A program made the translations under genes and the position numbers. A stretch of 64,000 nucleotides of DNA from NCBI GenBank assembly GCA_963706325.1, contig CAVPLT010000001.1:928001-992000 (forward strand), given 5' to 3'. This DNA is from an uncultured Nitrospiraceae bacterium (GTDB taxonomy: Bacteria; Nitrospirota; Nitrospiria; Nitrospirales; Nitrospiraceae). Shown here piece after piece: positions 30,527 to 41,121 of the stretch (the first letter of the stretch is position 1; each line of letters begins with the position of its first letter). The notes under the pieces were generated by a model. It did no database searches, was not told the origin of the DNA, and saw only the letters and a program-made list of their open reading frames with translations.

Positions 30527-31286
30527 TTCGGAACGAGTCGGGATTGGAGTGGCAGGGTCGCCGGCTCTTGAGCAAGCCGGGAATATCGAGCCGCTTGGCC
30601 AACAGCTTGCCGGCCACCATGCGGGTGATACACATCACATCCCGCACCTTCCGGAAATGGCTTTGTCTAAGGTGACGTCCATAGATGGCCGAGACCGGCA
30701 CTGTCCGAATCGGCACACCGATTCGGCCGGCTTCAATCAGCAGTTCACTCTCAAAGGCAAAACCCGACATCGCATCACAACCCGAACCCACCGCATTGAG
30801 CACCGCAGTCGGGTACAAGCGAAATCCGGATTGGCTGTCTGGAACGCGAGATCCAGCCGCCCAAGAGATCCAGAAATTCGCCACACGATTGGCGAGGTAC
30901 CGTACCCAGGGGATGGCGCTGCCGGCGCGCAGACGGGCACCGATGACGATGGCGGACGGATCGCGCCGGTGGAGGGTGATGAGAGACGGGATGTCTCCTG
31001 GGTCATGCTGTCCGTCTCCGTCGAGTGTGACGACAGCGCTCGCGCCTTGGGTCATGGCATGCTGCATGCCCAGCCAGAGCGCGGCAGCCTTGCCAAGATT
31101 GCGAGGATGCCGAAGCACCGTCACCGGTAACTCACGCAGGCAGTCCACGGTCTGATCGACGGACCCATCATCCACCACCACGACACGATCGAGATATTTC
31201 AGTGTCTGGGCCACGACCGCGCCGATCGTCCCCGCCTCGTTGTAGGCCGGTATGACGGCAACATACTCCGGAGCCGATGTCCTCAT
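30411..31286 (-). CDS. Family 2 glycosyltransferase
   Basis: VIPAYNE, VVDDGS, TLDGDGQH, DSQSGFRLY; ATG 31286 overlaps the fabG stop; C-terminus overlaps the GT1. Confidence 0.85.
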   Translation of the reverse strand: MRTSAPEYVAVIPAYNEAGTIGAVVAQTLKYLDRVVVVDDGSVDQTVDCLRELPVTVLRHPRNLGKAAALWLGMQHAMTQGASAVVTLDGDGQHDPGDIPSLITLHRRDPSAIVIGARLRAGSAIPWVRYLANRVANFWISWAAGSRVPDSQSGFRLYPTAVLNAVGSGCDAMSGFAFESELLIEAGRIGVPIRTVPVSAIYGRHLRQSHFRKVRDVMCITRMVAGKLLAKRLDIPGLLKSRRPCHSNPDSFRNASAPRWVAPASAQTDTLYGRGRQSRACRESCRAGARA

Positions 31287-32005
31287 GCCTGGGCTCCATT
31301 CATCGAGATAATCTGTCCGGAGACGTAGGCCGCGGCATCGGAAACCAAATAGGTCACGAGACTCGCCACCTCTTCTACGGTACCGGCGCGTTTCATCGGG
31401 ACCAATCGGCCGATGGCGTCGGTGTCGAAGGAGGCCTGCGTGGCTGATGTGGAGATGATCCCTGGCGCCACGGCATTGACTGTGATGTGTCGTGAGGCCA
31501 GTTCCAGCGCCAGTGCTTTTGTCGCGCCATGGAGCCCGGCCTTGGCGGCGGCGTAGTTGACCTGCCCACGGTTTCCGATGACCCCACTGATGGAGGTGAT
31601 GGTGACGATGCGTCCCCAACGCGTGCGAATCATGGGCAGCAGCAGTGGCTGTGTGATGTTGAAGAATCCGTTCAGCGACACATCGATTACCCTGCGCCAT
31701 TGTTCTCGGCTCATGCCGGCCATGGGAGCGTCGTCATAGATGCCGGCATTGTTCACGAGCACCTGGATAGGACCGGCGGTTTGCAGTTGTTCGAGGGCCC
31801 GTTGGGTCTGCTCGATATCCGTGACATCGAAGCAGATCGCCTCAGCCTGGCCTCCCTTGTCTCGAATGGACTGGGCAACCGCCTCAGCGCGCGCTCCGTT
31901 CGTGCAGCCATGGACGATGACGTGCAAGCCGGTTTCGCCCAGTGCCAAGCAAATGGCTCGTCCGATGTCGCCGCTTCCGCCGGTCACAAGCGCGCGCTTC
32001 TTCAT
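31283..32005 (-). CDS. fabG: 3-oxoacyl-ACP reductase (aryl polyene cluster ketoreductase)
   Basis: TGGSGDIG, NNAG, YAAAK SDR motifs. Confidence 0.92.
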   Translation of the reverse strand: MKKRALVTGGSGDIGRAICLALGETGLHVIVHGCTNGARAEAVAQSIRDKGGQAEAICFDVTDIEQTQRALEQLQTAGPIQVLVNNAGIYDDAPMAGMSREQWRRVIDVSLNGFFNITQPLLLPMIRTRWGRIVTITSISGVIGNRGQVNYAAAKAGLHGATKALALELASRHITVNAVAPGIISTSATQASFDTDAIGRLVPMKRAGTVEEVASLVTYLVSDAAAYVSGQIISMNGAQA

Positions 32006-32478
32006 GCCACTCCTTCCGTCGGAACGGGTCGAACCATGTGAGAAAGGCCGGTCAACATCATCACGGACAGGCGTCCGGTCAGCAGGGTCCGACCGTCGCC
32101 GGTCATCATGACGTCGTAGATGCGGCCTTCTTCATGGGTCAGCACGAGGGTAGCGTGGATGCTTAAGGGCCCAAGCAGCTGATCCAGATGGGTCAGCGTA
32201 GTCGTGACGTCACGTGCGGAAGCCAGTACTGCAGTTAAGGGACAGGGTTCACCCGGCCCTCTGAGAAGTGCCCCATGGGCGGCAATAGCCTGCGCGGCAT
32301 ATTCAATGCCGCAGAGCGCCCGCAATCCGCTGTCGTCACGCAACGGGTTGTCGAGACGCCGATGGCTGGTAGCTCGGCAGACGATGAAATCCTCAGTCCA
32401 ACTGTCAATACTATCGAGTAGACACATGGCTCGCCCATGTGGAATCAAGCGGGAGATGTCCAAGCATGAACCGTCCAT
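32002..32478 (-). CDS. Hotdog-fold dehydratase subunit (ApeP-like)
   Basis: LIPH..AMCLLD, GIEYAAQAIAAH; cluster context. Confidence 0.8.
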   Translation of the reverse strand: MDGSCLDISRLIPHGRAMCLLDSIDSWTEDFIVCRATSHRRLDNPLRDDSGLRALCGIEYAAQAIAAHGALLRGPGEPCPLTAVLASARDVTTTLTHLDQLLGPLSIHATLVLTHEEGRIYDVMMTGDGRTLLTGRLSVMMLTGLSHMVRPVPTEGVA

Positions 32479-32481
32479 CAA

Positions 32482-33273
32482 TCACGCTCCCGGTGCACAC
32501 ACAACGACGAGGTCGCTGGTGTCTGAATACTCGAGCGCCACGGTCTCTGCCGCTCGTGTAGCCCATACGATCAACAGGGGAAGGCAACGCGCGGCCGGAT
32601 TGCTGCGCAAACTTTTCGGCAACTTCTCGGGCCACGTTGTGACGGCTCCGCGGGGCTCAAGTGTGACCTCCAATCGCATGAAGGACCCAGCCGGGGCCGT
32701 GGGGGATAGCAATAGCGCGGCAGCAAAACTTTCTTCCACCGGACGAATCGTATGCAGCGGAGCCGGAAAGGGGACGTCCGACGCAATCAGCATCACCGGT
32801 TGGCGCTCGACCGTGGCAAAAGCGGCGGCTTCGATGAGTCCGGCGGCAAAGGACACATCGAAAGCACAGAGACTGGTGGATGCCAGCCTCGAATGGGTTG
32901 CGATGCTCCAATAGCCGGCCGGCGCGTTGAACACGGAGTTATGAAAGGAGGTGGGAGAGACTTCTTGTGCCGGGCCGGCCAGCGCGTCACAGATTTCCTG
33001 CGTGATGGCTCCGTCTCCGTCCGAGGAAGCGAATACGGTCGCGATCTCGTCTCCTCTTAGGCCTCCGGCACGAAAGGCATCCTGTGCCGCCATCATGGCG
33101 AGACGGGCGGACGGGCTGCTGCGACGTCGCTCGGCGGCCGATAACATATCCGGGATCGAGCGAGAGATGGGCCCAGGCCGGTATTCCGAACGGCCGGCGA
33201 GGACTGGTTGAGCCATCGACCACCCGTCCATCCCTGGCCCCGCGATGCCAACCGACGTAAGAAAGACGTGCAT
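32482..33273 (-). CDS. Ketosynthase chain-length-factor-like protein
   Basis: ERRR, VFASSDGD, SPTSFHNSVFNAPAGYWSI; no catalytic Cys. Confidence 0.85.
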   Translation of the reverse strand: MHVFLTSVGIAGPGMDGWSMAQPVLAGRSEYRPGPISRSIPDMLSAAERRRSSPSARLAMMAAQDAFRAGGLRGDEIATVFASSDGDGAITQEICDALAGPAQEVSPTSFHNSVFNAPAGYWSIATHSRLASTSLCAFDVSFAAGLIEAAAFATVERQPVMLIASDVPFPAPLHTIRPVEESFAAALLLSPTAPAGSFMRLEVTLEPRGAVTTWPEKLPKSLRSNPAARCLPLLIVWATRAAETVALEYSDTSDLVVVCAPGA

Positions 33274-34463
33274 CACGGCCTCTTCCCGAAAATGAGGCTG
33301 CAATTATTGCCGCCGAAGCCGAACGAGTTGCTGATCACCGCGCGCAAGGGACGGGATTCACTGTGGAGCATTACGCAACTCTGCAGCTGAGGATCGAGCC
33401 GGTTCAGATGCATCGTGCCTGGAATGAAATCATGTCGGAGGCAGAGCGCCGAGAGGATGGCTTCAGTGATGCCGGCGGCACCGAGCGTATGGCCGGTTCT
33501 CCCCTTGGTCGAACTGCAAGGCGTCCTTCCTCCGAACGTGGTCCGGACAGCACGATCTTCCGCGAGATCGTTTGCCGGTGTGCCGGTGCCGTGGAGATTG
33601 ATGTAGTCAATCTCGATCGGCTTCAGGTCTGCGCGATCGAGGGCCCGTTCCATGGCTAGGGCCGCGCCCAATCCTTCCGGATGGGGCGTGGACATATGAT
33701 GGGCATCGCTGCTCTCGCCGTATCCTAGCAGCTGAAGTGCGCCGTCGCGGTCGCCGCGTCGTTCCAATAACATGAAGCCTGCTGCTTCTCCGATGGAGAG
33801 CCCGTTTCTGCCTTCGTCGCAGGGCCGGCAGGGGGTTTCAGAAAGGAGTCCAAGTGAGGCGAAGCCGTAGAGCGTCATAAAGCACAAACTGTCAACGCCG
33901 CCCACCACGACGGCATCGCACAATCCCACCGCCAGCCAACGGGATGCGCTGGCGAATACCTTGGCGCTAGACGAGCAAGCGGTTGAGATCGATGCGACAG
34001 GACCCTTTAGATTCAAGCGGCGCCGGACGAACTCGCTGACGGAAAACAAATTCTGCGTGTGGCGGTAGCGAACGCTCAAGGGCAGCAGTTCGCCGGATGG
34101 TGTGCGTCTGCGATAGGCCAGTTCGGTCTCGAGAATGCCGGACGTCGTGGTGCCGATCAGCACACCGATGCGCTCGGGACCATAATGCTGACGCGCCACG
34201 GCGACGGCCCGTTCGAATCCATCCTGACGCAGGCCGGCCAAGGCCAGCCGATTGTTTCGGCAGTCGAAGTCGGCGAGATCGTCGGAGATCGGCTCGGCCT
34301 CAAGTCCATCGACACGTCCAATCCATGTCTTAACGGCCGCATCCTCGAAATCATTGGGACGCAGCCCGTGCCGATCCTTACGCAAAGCATCCCAAGTGGC
34401 CGAGAGGCCGCGTCCGAGCGGATTCGCGGTGGCCATTGCGGTGATGATCGGCGCCGTCGTCAT
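33273..34463 (-). CDS. Beta-ketoacyl-ACP synthase (aryl polyene type)
   Basis: STACSSSAK, YINLHGTGT, KGRTGHTLGAAG, SNSFGFGG; intact Cys-His-His triad. Confidence 0.92.
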   Translation of the reverse strand: MTTAPIITAMATANPLGRGLSATWDALRKDRHGLRPNDFEDAAVKTWIGRVDGLEAEPISDDLADFDCRNNRLALAGLRQDGFERAVAVARQHYGPERIGVLIGTTTSGILETELAYRRRTPSGELLPLSVRYRHTQNLFSVSEFVRRRLNLKGPVASISTACSSSAKVFASASRWLAVGLCDAVVVGGVDSLCFMTLYGFASLGLLSETPCRPCDEGRNGLSIGEAAGFMLLERRGDRDGALQLLGYGESSDAHHMSTPHPEGLGAALAMERALDRADLKPIEIDYINLHGTGTPANDLAEDRAVRTTFGGRTPCSSTKGRTGHTLGAAGITEAILSALCLRHDFIPGTMHLNRLDPQLQSCVMLHSESRPLRAVISNSFGFGGNNCSLIFGKRP

Positions 34464-36781
34464 GCGATCACCTGTTGTCTGCCCAGCATCGCCGCGACGA
34501 GCAACGAGAAGGCGGCTCCGAGCCCGACCGTGAGGCCGATGGCATGGAGGACGGGCGTGCGGGAGAACGCCAGCGCGCCGAAGGCCGAAAGAGTCGCCAA
34601 GATACAGATGGTGAGCGAGAGCCACGTCTGCCGCCTCTCGTCTTCATCGGCGAACGGCCGGTTGAAGAAAAGGGCATAGTTGAGCCCCACGCCCAATACG
34701 AGCAGCAAGGACACGAGATGGAACAATGAGAGCCGTTCTCCGATGAGCGTGAGCACGGTCACCACAAAGAGGACGGCGAGTAACGGCGGAAGGAGGACGC
34801 GTCCCACGAGGAGCACATTACGCAATCCCCACCACAATATGCCCGTGATGGCGAGCACTCCGAGCGCGGTGAGTTGCAAGGATTGTTGCCGGTAGCCGTT
34901 GACCAATCGACCGGCTTCAGCCTTCAGATCGAGAAAGGTCAGGCCTGGGACCGGTTCATGGTTCGTGCGATCGGCCAATGCCGAGGCGGACTGGACCCCG
35001 CGAAGCGGAGCCAGAGCCGTCCATTCATCTCCGCTTCCCAAGAGAAGCGCTCTGACTTTGAGAGAGAAGGCGGACCGTTGCAAATTGACGCTGTCCATCA
35101 ATTCGCGAGTGCGGGCCTGTTCCACGTCATGCAAGAACGGTTCGAAAAGTCCGGTTCGGAAAGGCAGCCCTTCCAGAGCATGGTCGAGGGAGGCCTTGAG
35201 CACAGGAGCAGACGGAAGGGCCGATTGGCGAAGCCGTTGCGTCCTTTCTGACGGCAAATACAGGCTGGGCAGATCAAAACCGCTTAGCAGCTTGTCCTCC
35301 ACCAGCCGGTGGAGGACAAGCGCGGCAGATTCACTGCGTTGCAGCACCTCTTCTTGGCTCGCGCCACGAATGGCAAGCAGATATCGAACGTCCGGTGCGC
35401 CGAGGTCATGGCGCAATTGTTCATCGAGGGCCTTGGACGATGGGGAGATCGGGCTCAAATTGGCGAGATCATTATCCCAGATGTCTTGATGACGGACTGC
35501 CAGCGTTGCGATAGCGAGAACGACTAACAACCAGACGATCCAGCGCGCGCGACCCACCGTTGCAATGAGCGCCGTCCAATTCAGCGGCAGAATCTCGTGC
35601 GGAAGAGTGCGCAACATCCGTGGCGCTAACGCCGGAAGGATCCAGCGTGTGACGAGTCCAGCGACCAGCACGCCCACGAACGCGAGAACGCCCAGTTGCG
35701 ACAGGCCAGTGATGCTTGAGAACAACATACTGAGGGCGCCGAATACCGTGGTCAGGACGGCAAGTCTCAGGGTGGGCCACACTCTCGCTAAGGTGTGCTG
35801 CAACTGTTCACCGGCCTTGACCTGGGTCAAGACATAGGCCGGGTAGTCGACGGCCTCTCCGATCAGTGTCGCGCCGAAGCCGAGCGTGATGCCATGCACA
35901 AACCCGAAGACCAATTGGACTGCAGCCACGCCCACGAGCAGTCCGGTTAACACCGGCAGCAGGCTCAACACAATTGGAGTCAAAGAGCGGTAGACGGCGA
36001 ACAATAACGCGGTGACCAGCACGGTGGCCACGAGGGAGAGGCGCCAGGAATCTTGTTGGATCGTGGCCCTGGATTCAACCGCAAATACGCCTGGGCCGCT
36101 CAAGAGGAGCCGGCTGCTCTCCGGCAGTCCTGAAGCGGTGAAGGCTGCGTGGATTGCGCGCACCGCCGCATCCTGTTGATCGAGATCAAATCCCGGCGCG
36201 CTGGTTTCGGCCACGAGTTGAGCCCTGGTGTGATCATGAGAAAACCATATGCCGTGCAACATCGAAGGCTGGTCGGTGGTCGAGAATTCGGAGAGAATAT
36301 GGACCACTTCCCCGGTGGGGTCGGTGGGCAATGCGGATTTCAACACCGCTCCTGCGGGCGAACCGAGTAGTTGCAGCTGTCGTTCGAGCGCCGATCGCAG
36401 GGCCGGCGTCGAGAAGTGTTCGGGTGTGACGGCCGAGCTCAGGAGATAACGGTGACGCATCAAGATGTCGCGCTCAACGGTGAAATCCGCGGGATCTCCA
36501 TTGTTCACCGATGTGAAGAGCGCGGTCTCCTTCAGGCTGTGGGCGATCTTGCGGCTGGCCTCGGCTAAGACCTCCGTCGAGGCGCCTTCGAGAGCAATGA
36601 GAATGAGCCGCGCGGCCACGCCATCACGCAGTTGGCTCACCAACAATTCCTGCATGTGATCCGCTGAGCGGGGCAGTAAGGCCGTCAGGTCGGTAGTCAC
36701 GGTCATGTTCGCGATCACTCCTCCACTGACAAACAGCAACACCAACCAGAAAATGACCGCCGCTTGAGCCTGCCGCATCAC
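34460..36781 (-). CDS. MMPL/RND-type lipid exporter
   Basis: Two periplasmic loops and about 12 TM segments; GFGATLIGEAVDY, LGVGLNYALF. Confidence 0.85.
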   Translation of the reverse strand: MMRQAQAAVIFWLVLLFVSGGVIANMTVTTDLTALLPRSADHMQELLVSQLRDGVAARLILIALEGASTEVLAEASRKIAHSLKETALFTSVNNGDPADFTVERDILMRHRYLLSSAVTPEHFSTPALRSALERQLQLLGSPAGAVLKSALPTDPTGEVVHILSEFSTTDQPSMLHGIWFSHDHTRAQLVAETSAPGFDLDQQDAAVRAIHAAFTASGLPESSRLLLSGPGVFAVESRATIQQDSWRLSLVATVLVTALLFAVYRSLTPIVLSLLPVLTGLLVGVAAVQLVFGFVHGITLGFGATLIGEAVDYPAYVLTQVKAGEQLQHTLARVWPTLRLAVLTTVFGALSMLFSSITGLSQLGVLAFVGVLVAGLVTRWILPALAPRMLRTLPHEILPLNWTALIATVGRARWIVWLLVVLAIATLAVRHQDIWDNDLANLSPISPSSKALDEQLRHDLGAPDVRYLLAIRGASQEEVLQRSESAALVLHRLVEDKLLSGFDLPSLYLPSERTQRLRQSALPSAPVLKASLDHALEGLPFRTGLFEPFLHDVEQARTRELMDSVNLQRSAFSLKVRALLLGSGDEWTALAPLRGVQSASALADRTNHEPVPGLTFLDLKAEAGRLVNGYRQQSLQLTALGVLAITGILWWGLRNVLLVGRVLLPPLLAVLFVVTVLTLIGERLSLFHLVSLLLVLGVGLNYALFFNRPFADEDERRQTWLSLTICILATLSAFGALAFSRTPVLHAIGLTVGLGAAFSLLVAAMLGRQQVIA

Positions 36782-37380
36782 GAGGCCGGCTCAAGGATCT
36801 GCATGAGTGAACGGTCTCCTCCGGTTTCGCGTATATCCACCACCGTCATTCGATCGCCGTGACCCGAAATGGTGATCGAGGTGAGGTACTCCGCAACCTG
36901 TGCATCCAATGGCCGTAGCGTCAGCGTCCACTGCTGCTGAGTCCCCTGGATTTTGATGTGGTACAGCCGCCTCAGGACGGCGAGCTCGCCTGCCAGACTT
37001 GCTCTGATGGCCTCGATGAACGAGCGAATCAACGGATGGCTGTCCACGGCCAAGTGCTTCGTCCCCTCCCGGGTGGAGAGTGAAAGCTGATCCCCTTGGA
37101 CGACAAGATGTTCGGCATAGGGTGACGTGACATGTTTTTCGACACGGTCGGGGCGTACATAGGCCAAGGTCCCTTTCAGGACTAACGGCTGGGTCAACAT
37201 GGCCACGGTCTTCGTTTCGGTGAATCGATCTTCGCGGGAGGTCACCCTTGCCATGAGGTCCATCAGTCCTGGTAAGTCCAAAGGTGACCGGTCGGTCACC
37301 TGCTCGGCGAAGACTGGTGGTAGCCCGAGGAATAGACTACACAGCAGTGTGAACCGGGCGAGGGTCATCGGTAAGGTCAT
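36778..37380 (-). CDS. LolA-like periplasmic carrier protein
   Basis: Signal peptide, FTETK...L..PL...G.L....P, W.LTL.P pattern; start may be 37368. Confidence 0.75.
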   Translation of the reverse strand: MTLPMTLARFTLLCSLFLGLPPVFAEQVTDRSPLDLPGLMDLMARVTSREDRFTETKTVAMLTQPLVLKGTLAYVRPDRVEKHVTSPYAEHLVVQGDQLSLSTREGTKHLAVDSHPLIRSFIEAIRASLAGELAVLRRLYHIKIQGTQQQWTLTLRPLDAQVAEYLTSITISGHGDRMTVVDIRETGGDRSLMQILEPAS

Positions 37381-38251
37381 AAAAGTTGAACCAGTTGTAC
37401 GGATAGAGGCGACAATAATGTTCCAGGCGACTGACGTACCGCTCGATCCAGGGTCGAAGGGACTCCGACCGTTTTGCGCGATCAAGAGGAATGTTGTCCG
37501 CCAACCGCTCAAAATGAATGTCATACTGTTTGCCACCTTGGTAGAGTCCAAAAAACAGGACGACCGGCACTTGCAGGAGCGCGGCCAGCAATAACGGCCC
37601 TTCCGGAAACTGCCTCGGCTTACCGAGGAAATCGCACATCATCCCTCTTTCTTCACCGAACACTCGGTCACCCAGAATTCCGACCATTTCACCTCGGTCG
37701 AGCCGCTCCTTCACCGCGAGCATGGTACCCGGTGTGCCGGGAGGGATGATGCGGTCGCGAATCTGCGGGTGAAGACTATGCAGCACGGCGTTCAAATTGG
37801 AGGCCGCGGATTCATGCATGATCACGGTGATCGGTAAGTGTTGATCGAACAGGCCATGCGCGCGCAGCACTTCAAAACTCCCCAGATGCGACCCTAAGAG
37901 GAGACAGCCACGCTTTTGGGCCAGAATGGCTTGTAGTTCCGACGCGCCCTCCATGTGAATATCGAAATAACCATGCCGGCCCGACAAAAGATACACTCGA
38001 TCATGGATGGTCGATGCAAAGGCATGGTAGTGACGAAATACATCCTTCCATCCAGGGGCTCGATTGAGAACGAGCCGCAGGTATTCTCGGGAGGTGCGTC
38101 GAGTGCCTCGGGAAAACAGCAGGAAATAGAGACAGATCGGATAGAGAAACCAGCGGGCAATGGCACGGCCCAGACGAAGCGTCATCCAGGCCAGGAGGCG
38201 AATCAATCTCCGGCTGCCGCGTTCACGTTGCATGAGCCAGCGGGTGCTCAT
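37337..38251 (-). CDS. LpxL-like lipid acyltransferase
   Basis: ERGS, LLGSHLGSFEVL, ILGDR, PYNWFNFYD. Confidence 0.85.
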   Translation of the reverse strand: MSTRWLMQRERGSRRLIRLLAWMTLRLGRAIARWFLYPICLYFLLFSRGTRRTSREYLRLVLNRAPGWKDVFRHYHAFASTIHDRVYLLSGRHGYFDIHMEGASELQAILAQKRGCLLLGSHLGSFEVLRAHGLFDQHLPITVIMHESAASNLNAVLHSLHPQIRDRIIPPGTPGTMLAVKERLDRGEMVGILGDRVFGEERGMMCDFLGKPRQFPEGPLLLAALLQVPVVLFFGLYQGGKQYDIHFERLADNIPLDRAKRSESLRPWIERYVSRLEHYCRLYPYNWFNFYDLTDDPRPVHTAV

Positions 38252-38571
38252 GACCGATCCTGATCTGTCACGGGGGCGGCCCGTTGGAGTGTGCCGGCGG
38301 CAATACGATCCTGACTGCGGAGAATCGCAAATGACACACTGTTCTCTGACAATCGTTCCAAATGCAACGTGAAGGCCTCGCTCGGGCGAAGCAGGCGCAT
38401 AAATTTTATCGATGTCACCGAAACCGGATCTCCGCTCCAATCGAGCCAGGCTTCCGTCGCCTGCACCAGCTCACTTAAGATGACGACGCCCGGCACGACG
38501 GGGTTGCCGGGAAAATGTCCCGCTAAGGCTGGATGGTCCGGGCTGATCAATCGCCTCACCTCATGTCGCAT
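38248..38571 (-). CDS. FabA/Z-type dehydratase (ApeI-like)
   Basis: HPALAGHFPGNPVVPGV, IKF motif. Confidence 0.85.
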   Translation of the reverse strand: MRHEVRRLISPDHPALAGHFPGNPVVPGVVILSELVQATEAWLDWSGDPVSVTSIKFMRLLRPSEAFTLHLERLSENSVSFAILRSQDRIAAGTLQRAAPVTDQDRS

Positions 38572-38588
38572 AAACCATCGCGCGGGCT

Positions 38589-40001
38589 CTAAGTCCTGGA
38601 ATGCCGGAATTGCTCTGCAAAGGTTTTCAATAGCTCGTGAGGCAGTTTGCCGGTGCCGTTTCGAGGCAAGGAGTCCACAAGATACAAGGGGCGCGGTAGG
38701 AAGACCGGGTCGATGCGTTTTCTGAGATCGGCGAGTATCGCGGCACGGCTGAGACCAGGGGCCACTGCAAACGCGCTTAAGCGACCGTTGCCGGACTCTC
38801 CGTGATCCGGCCAATAAAAGGCGCCGTCGAGCACCCCGTTCACGCGGTGCAAAGCCGTGTTGAGCGCCGCCAAAGACGCGCGTTTTCCGGCTACCTTAAC
38901 CAAGTCATAATGTGGTCCAAGCAGCAGGAATTCCCGCCGGTTGCGCAAATGAATGCGATCCGTCAATTTGAGCCATCCGCCCACATGCCCGCCCATGACC
39001 CATGTGCTGTCACCCTCTTGTTTCATCCGCAACTCATGGCAAAGGGTCCAGAGGTCACCATCCGACGTATGTCGCGAGGCGAGCATGCCGCCTTCTGTGC
39101 AGCCGTAGATTTCATGGACCGGCAAATGCCAGAGGTCTTCCGCATCCTGCGCAACCGAGCGGGCCAGCGGCATGGTGGCGGAAATAATGCCCTCGAGGCC
39201 GGTCAGCAGAGTCTGCTCGCAGAGGTAGGCGTTCAGGTGGAAAGGCGTGGTCATCAACCACGCTGGTGAGCCTAGCCGTTCGAGATCCGTACGAATGTCC
39301 GCGGGTAAAATCGAATTGCCGCCATGCAAGCTCCAGCCCCACTGGAAGGGAAGCATGACGGTCGTTTCCAATCCATACATGTGTTGCGCCGGGACGGTTC
39401 CCACTACGGTCCGAGGAGGATAGCTGGCCAAGTCAAACTGCCTGCCCAGTGCCTTGGCTCCCATCACGAGAGATCCCCAACTTTTGGCATGGGCCTGCGG
39501 GAACCCACTGCTTCCTGAAGTGAAGGCGATGGCAGCAATCTGCGCGGCTGGAATAATAGGGTTTTCCGGCGAGCCGGAAGCAGACCAGCCCCAATCGCCG
39601 AGCCGGAATTGAGGCAGCGAAGTGTCCAGTTGGTCATGATCGGTTAACACGTAGGCGTCGGAATAACAGTGCGCGAGTTGATGCAGTGATTCTTCCGCGC
39701 GGCATGGTGGCAAGAGGTTCGTTTGCCGGGCTACTAGTGCCGCAGCAAATCCAACGGCAAAATGATAGCGATCCTTGCAGACGTTGATCGCATAGCGTTG
39801 TGCGGGAAGCCTGCTGGCTAGGCCCCACACCGACCGGAGGAACTCCTGAACCGAGTGTGCGCGATTACCCTGCCAGGCTATGATAGAGGTCGGCGATGCA
39901 TGCGCGAGCAGGGGATAGACAGTCGGCTCGGCGGACGTGCGGGCATGAGAGCGCCGTCGGAGAGTGACCGAAGCAATTTCACTGTCCATTGAGCGCATCA
40001 T
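38589..40001 (-). CDS. AMP-dependent acyl/aryl-ACP ligase (XanA2-like)
   Basis: FTSGSSG, HMYGLE, EIYGCTE, LPRNGTGK. Confidence 0.87.
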   Translation of the reverse strand: MMRSMDSEIASVTLRRRSHARTSAEPTVYPLLAHASPTSIIAWQGNRAHSVQEFLRSVWGLASRLPAQRYAINVCKDRYHFAVGFAAALVARQTNLLPPCRAEESLHQLAHCYSDAYVLTDHDQLDTSLPQFRLGDWGWSASGSPENPIIPAAQIAAIAFTSGSSGFPQAHAKSWGSLVMGAKALGRQFDLASYPPRTVVGTVPAQHMYGLETTVMLPFQWGWSLHGGNSILPADIRTDLERLGSPAWLMTTPFHLNAYLCEQTLLTGLEGIISATMPLARSVAQDAEDLWHLPVHEIYGCTEGGMLASRHTSDGDLWTLCHELRMKQEGDSTWVMGGHVGGWLKLTDRIHLRNRREFLLLGPHYDLVKVAGKRASLAALNTALHRVNGVLDGAFYWPDHGESGNGRLSAFAVAPGLSRAAILADLRKRIDPVFLPRPLYLVDSLPRNGTGKLPHELLKTFAEQFRHSRT

Positions 40002-40279
40002 CGAATCCGATGTTGGGCGATGTAATCTGTCAAGGCACGCAGGGAGGCCAAGGCGGCCCGGTTCTCAGAGCGCAATTCCACACCGTACCGCTTGGATACC
40101 GCCAGGGCGACCTCAAGCATGTCGATGGAGTCCAGTCCCAGCCCCTCACCGAAGAGCGCTGCTTCGGGATCGATGTCTTTTGGCAGCATTTCCAGTTTAA
40201 GCGAGTCGACGATGAGCCGAGCGATGCCCGGCTGGAGATCCTCTTCTGTATTGAGACCCGGATGCGCTGGTGTCGCCAT
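39998..40279 (-). CDS. Acyl carrier protein
   Basis: LFGEGLGLDSIDMLE phosphopantetheine motif. Confidence 0.92.
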   Translation of the reverse strand: MATPAHPGLNTEEDLQPGIARLIVDSLKLEMLPKDIDPEAALFGEGLGLDSIDMLEVALAVSKRYGVELRSENRAALASLRALTDYIAQHRIR

Positions 40280-40280
40280 A

Positions 40281-41111
40281 TTATTGTGCCTCTACAAGTG
40301 TGGCGGTGGAGCAGTTGACTGAAACAGTGGACAGGGCTCGCGCAAGGCCTGCGGTCAAGAGTTCCTCGGGATTGTCGAAAAACGGCTTGTGATGCAGCGG
40401 GAGGCCCAATCGCACCGCTTCGTCAACCAGGAGCCCGAGATATTCGGCCATATGTTCGGCCGTGAAGGCGTTGGTATCATGGAACGTCACGACAACCGGA
40501 ATGGTTTGATTGACGACAGGCAGCTCCCCCCTGAGGAATCGGGATCGGAGCTTTGCCAGCTGAGAGGGGAAGCTCCATTTTCGGAGCAAATGAATCCCCC
40601 AGTTGACTCCATCGAAGGCCTTCACATCCGACAACATCATACGAAGTTGATGCCGGCTGTATCGAAACTGCGTCGACGAATTGTACGACCAATAGGGGGG
40701 CCTGACCAACAGGGTTGGTCGTCCCGTGATGCCCTCGAGGTCTTCCTTTCCATCCAGCAGGGAGCGATCCAGATCCGTCGGGGTCATGCCGGTATGCCTG
40801 ACATGTCCCCGCGCCGTTCCCGTATGCAAACCCAAGAGGTGGCCCTCTGCATGTTCGATGGCCAAGATGGCTCGACCCTCAGATGAGCCGCCCCTCTTGG
40901 GATCTCTCGTCTGCACGAAGAAAATCGCTTTGATGTCCTGTTGGACCGGATTGCGCGCCAAATGGCGTAGCACTTGACCGGTATGGCTATGCGGTCCGTC
41001 ATCAAACGTGAGCAAGAAGCGCAAGGTGAGCCGAGGGTCGTCCGAGTCGGCCGATGCAATGCCCACCGTGCGGATTTTTTCGGCTCCCAGGAAGGCCCCT
41101 AGTGCGTTCAT
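40281..41111 (-). CDS. Polysaccharide deacetylase (CE4/NodB) family protein
   Basis: LTFDDGP, H..G.H, RPPY, FHD motifs. Confidence 0.82.
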   Translation of the reverse strand: MNALGAFLGAEKIRTVGIASADSDDPRLTLRFLLTFDDGPHSHTGQVLRHLARNPVQQDIKAIFFVQTRDPKRGGSSEGRAILAIEHAEGHLLGLHTGTARGHVRHTGMTPTDLDRSLLDGKEDLEGITGRPTLLVRPPYWSYNSSTQFRYSRHQLRMMLSDVKAFDGVNWGIHLLRKWSFPSQLAKLRSRFLRGELPVVNQTIPVVVTFHDTNAFTAEHMAEYLGLLVDEAVRLGLPLHHKPFFDNPEELLTAGLARALSTVSVNCSTATLVEAQ

Positions 41112-41121
41112 CGTCCTGCTC

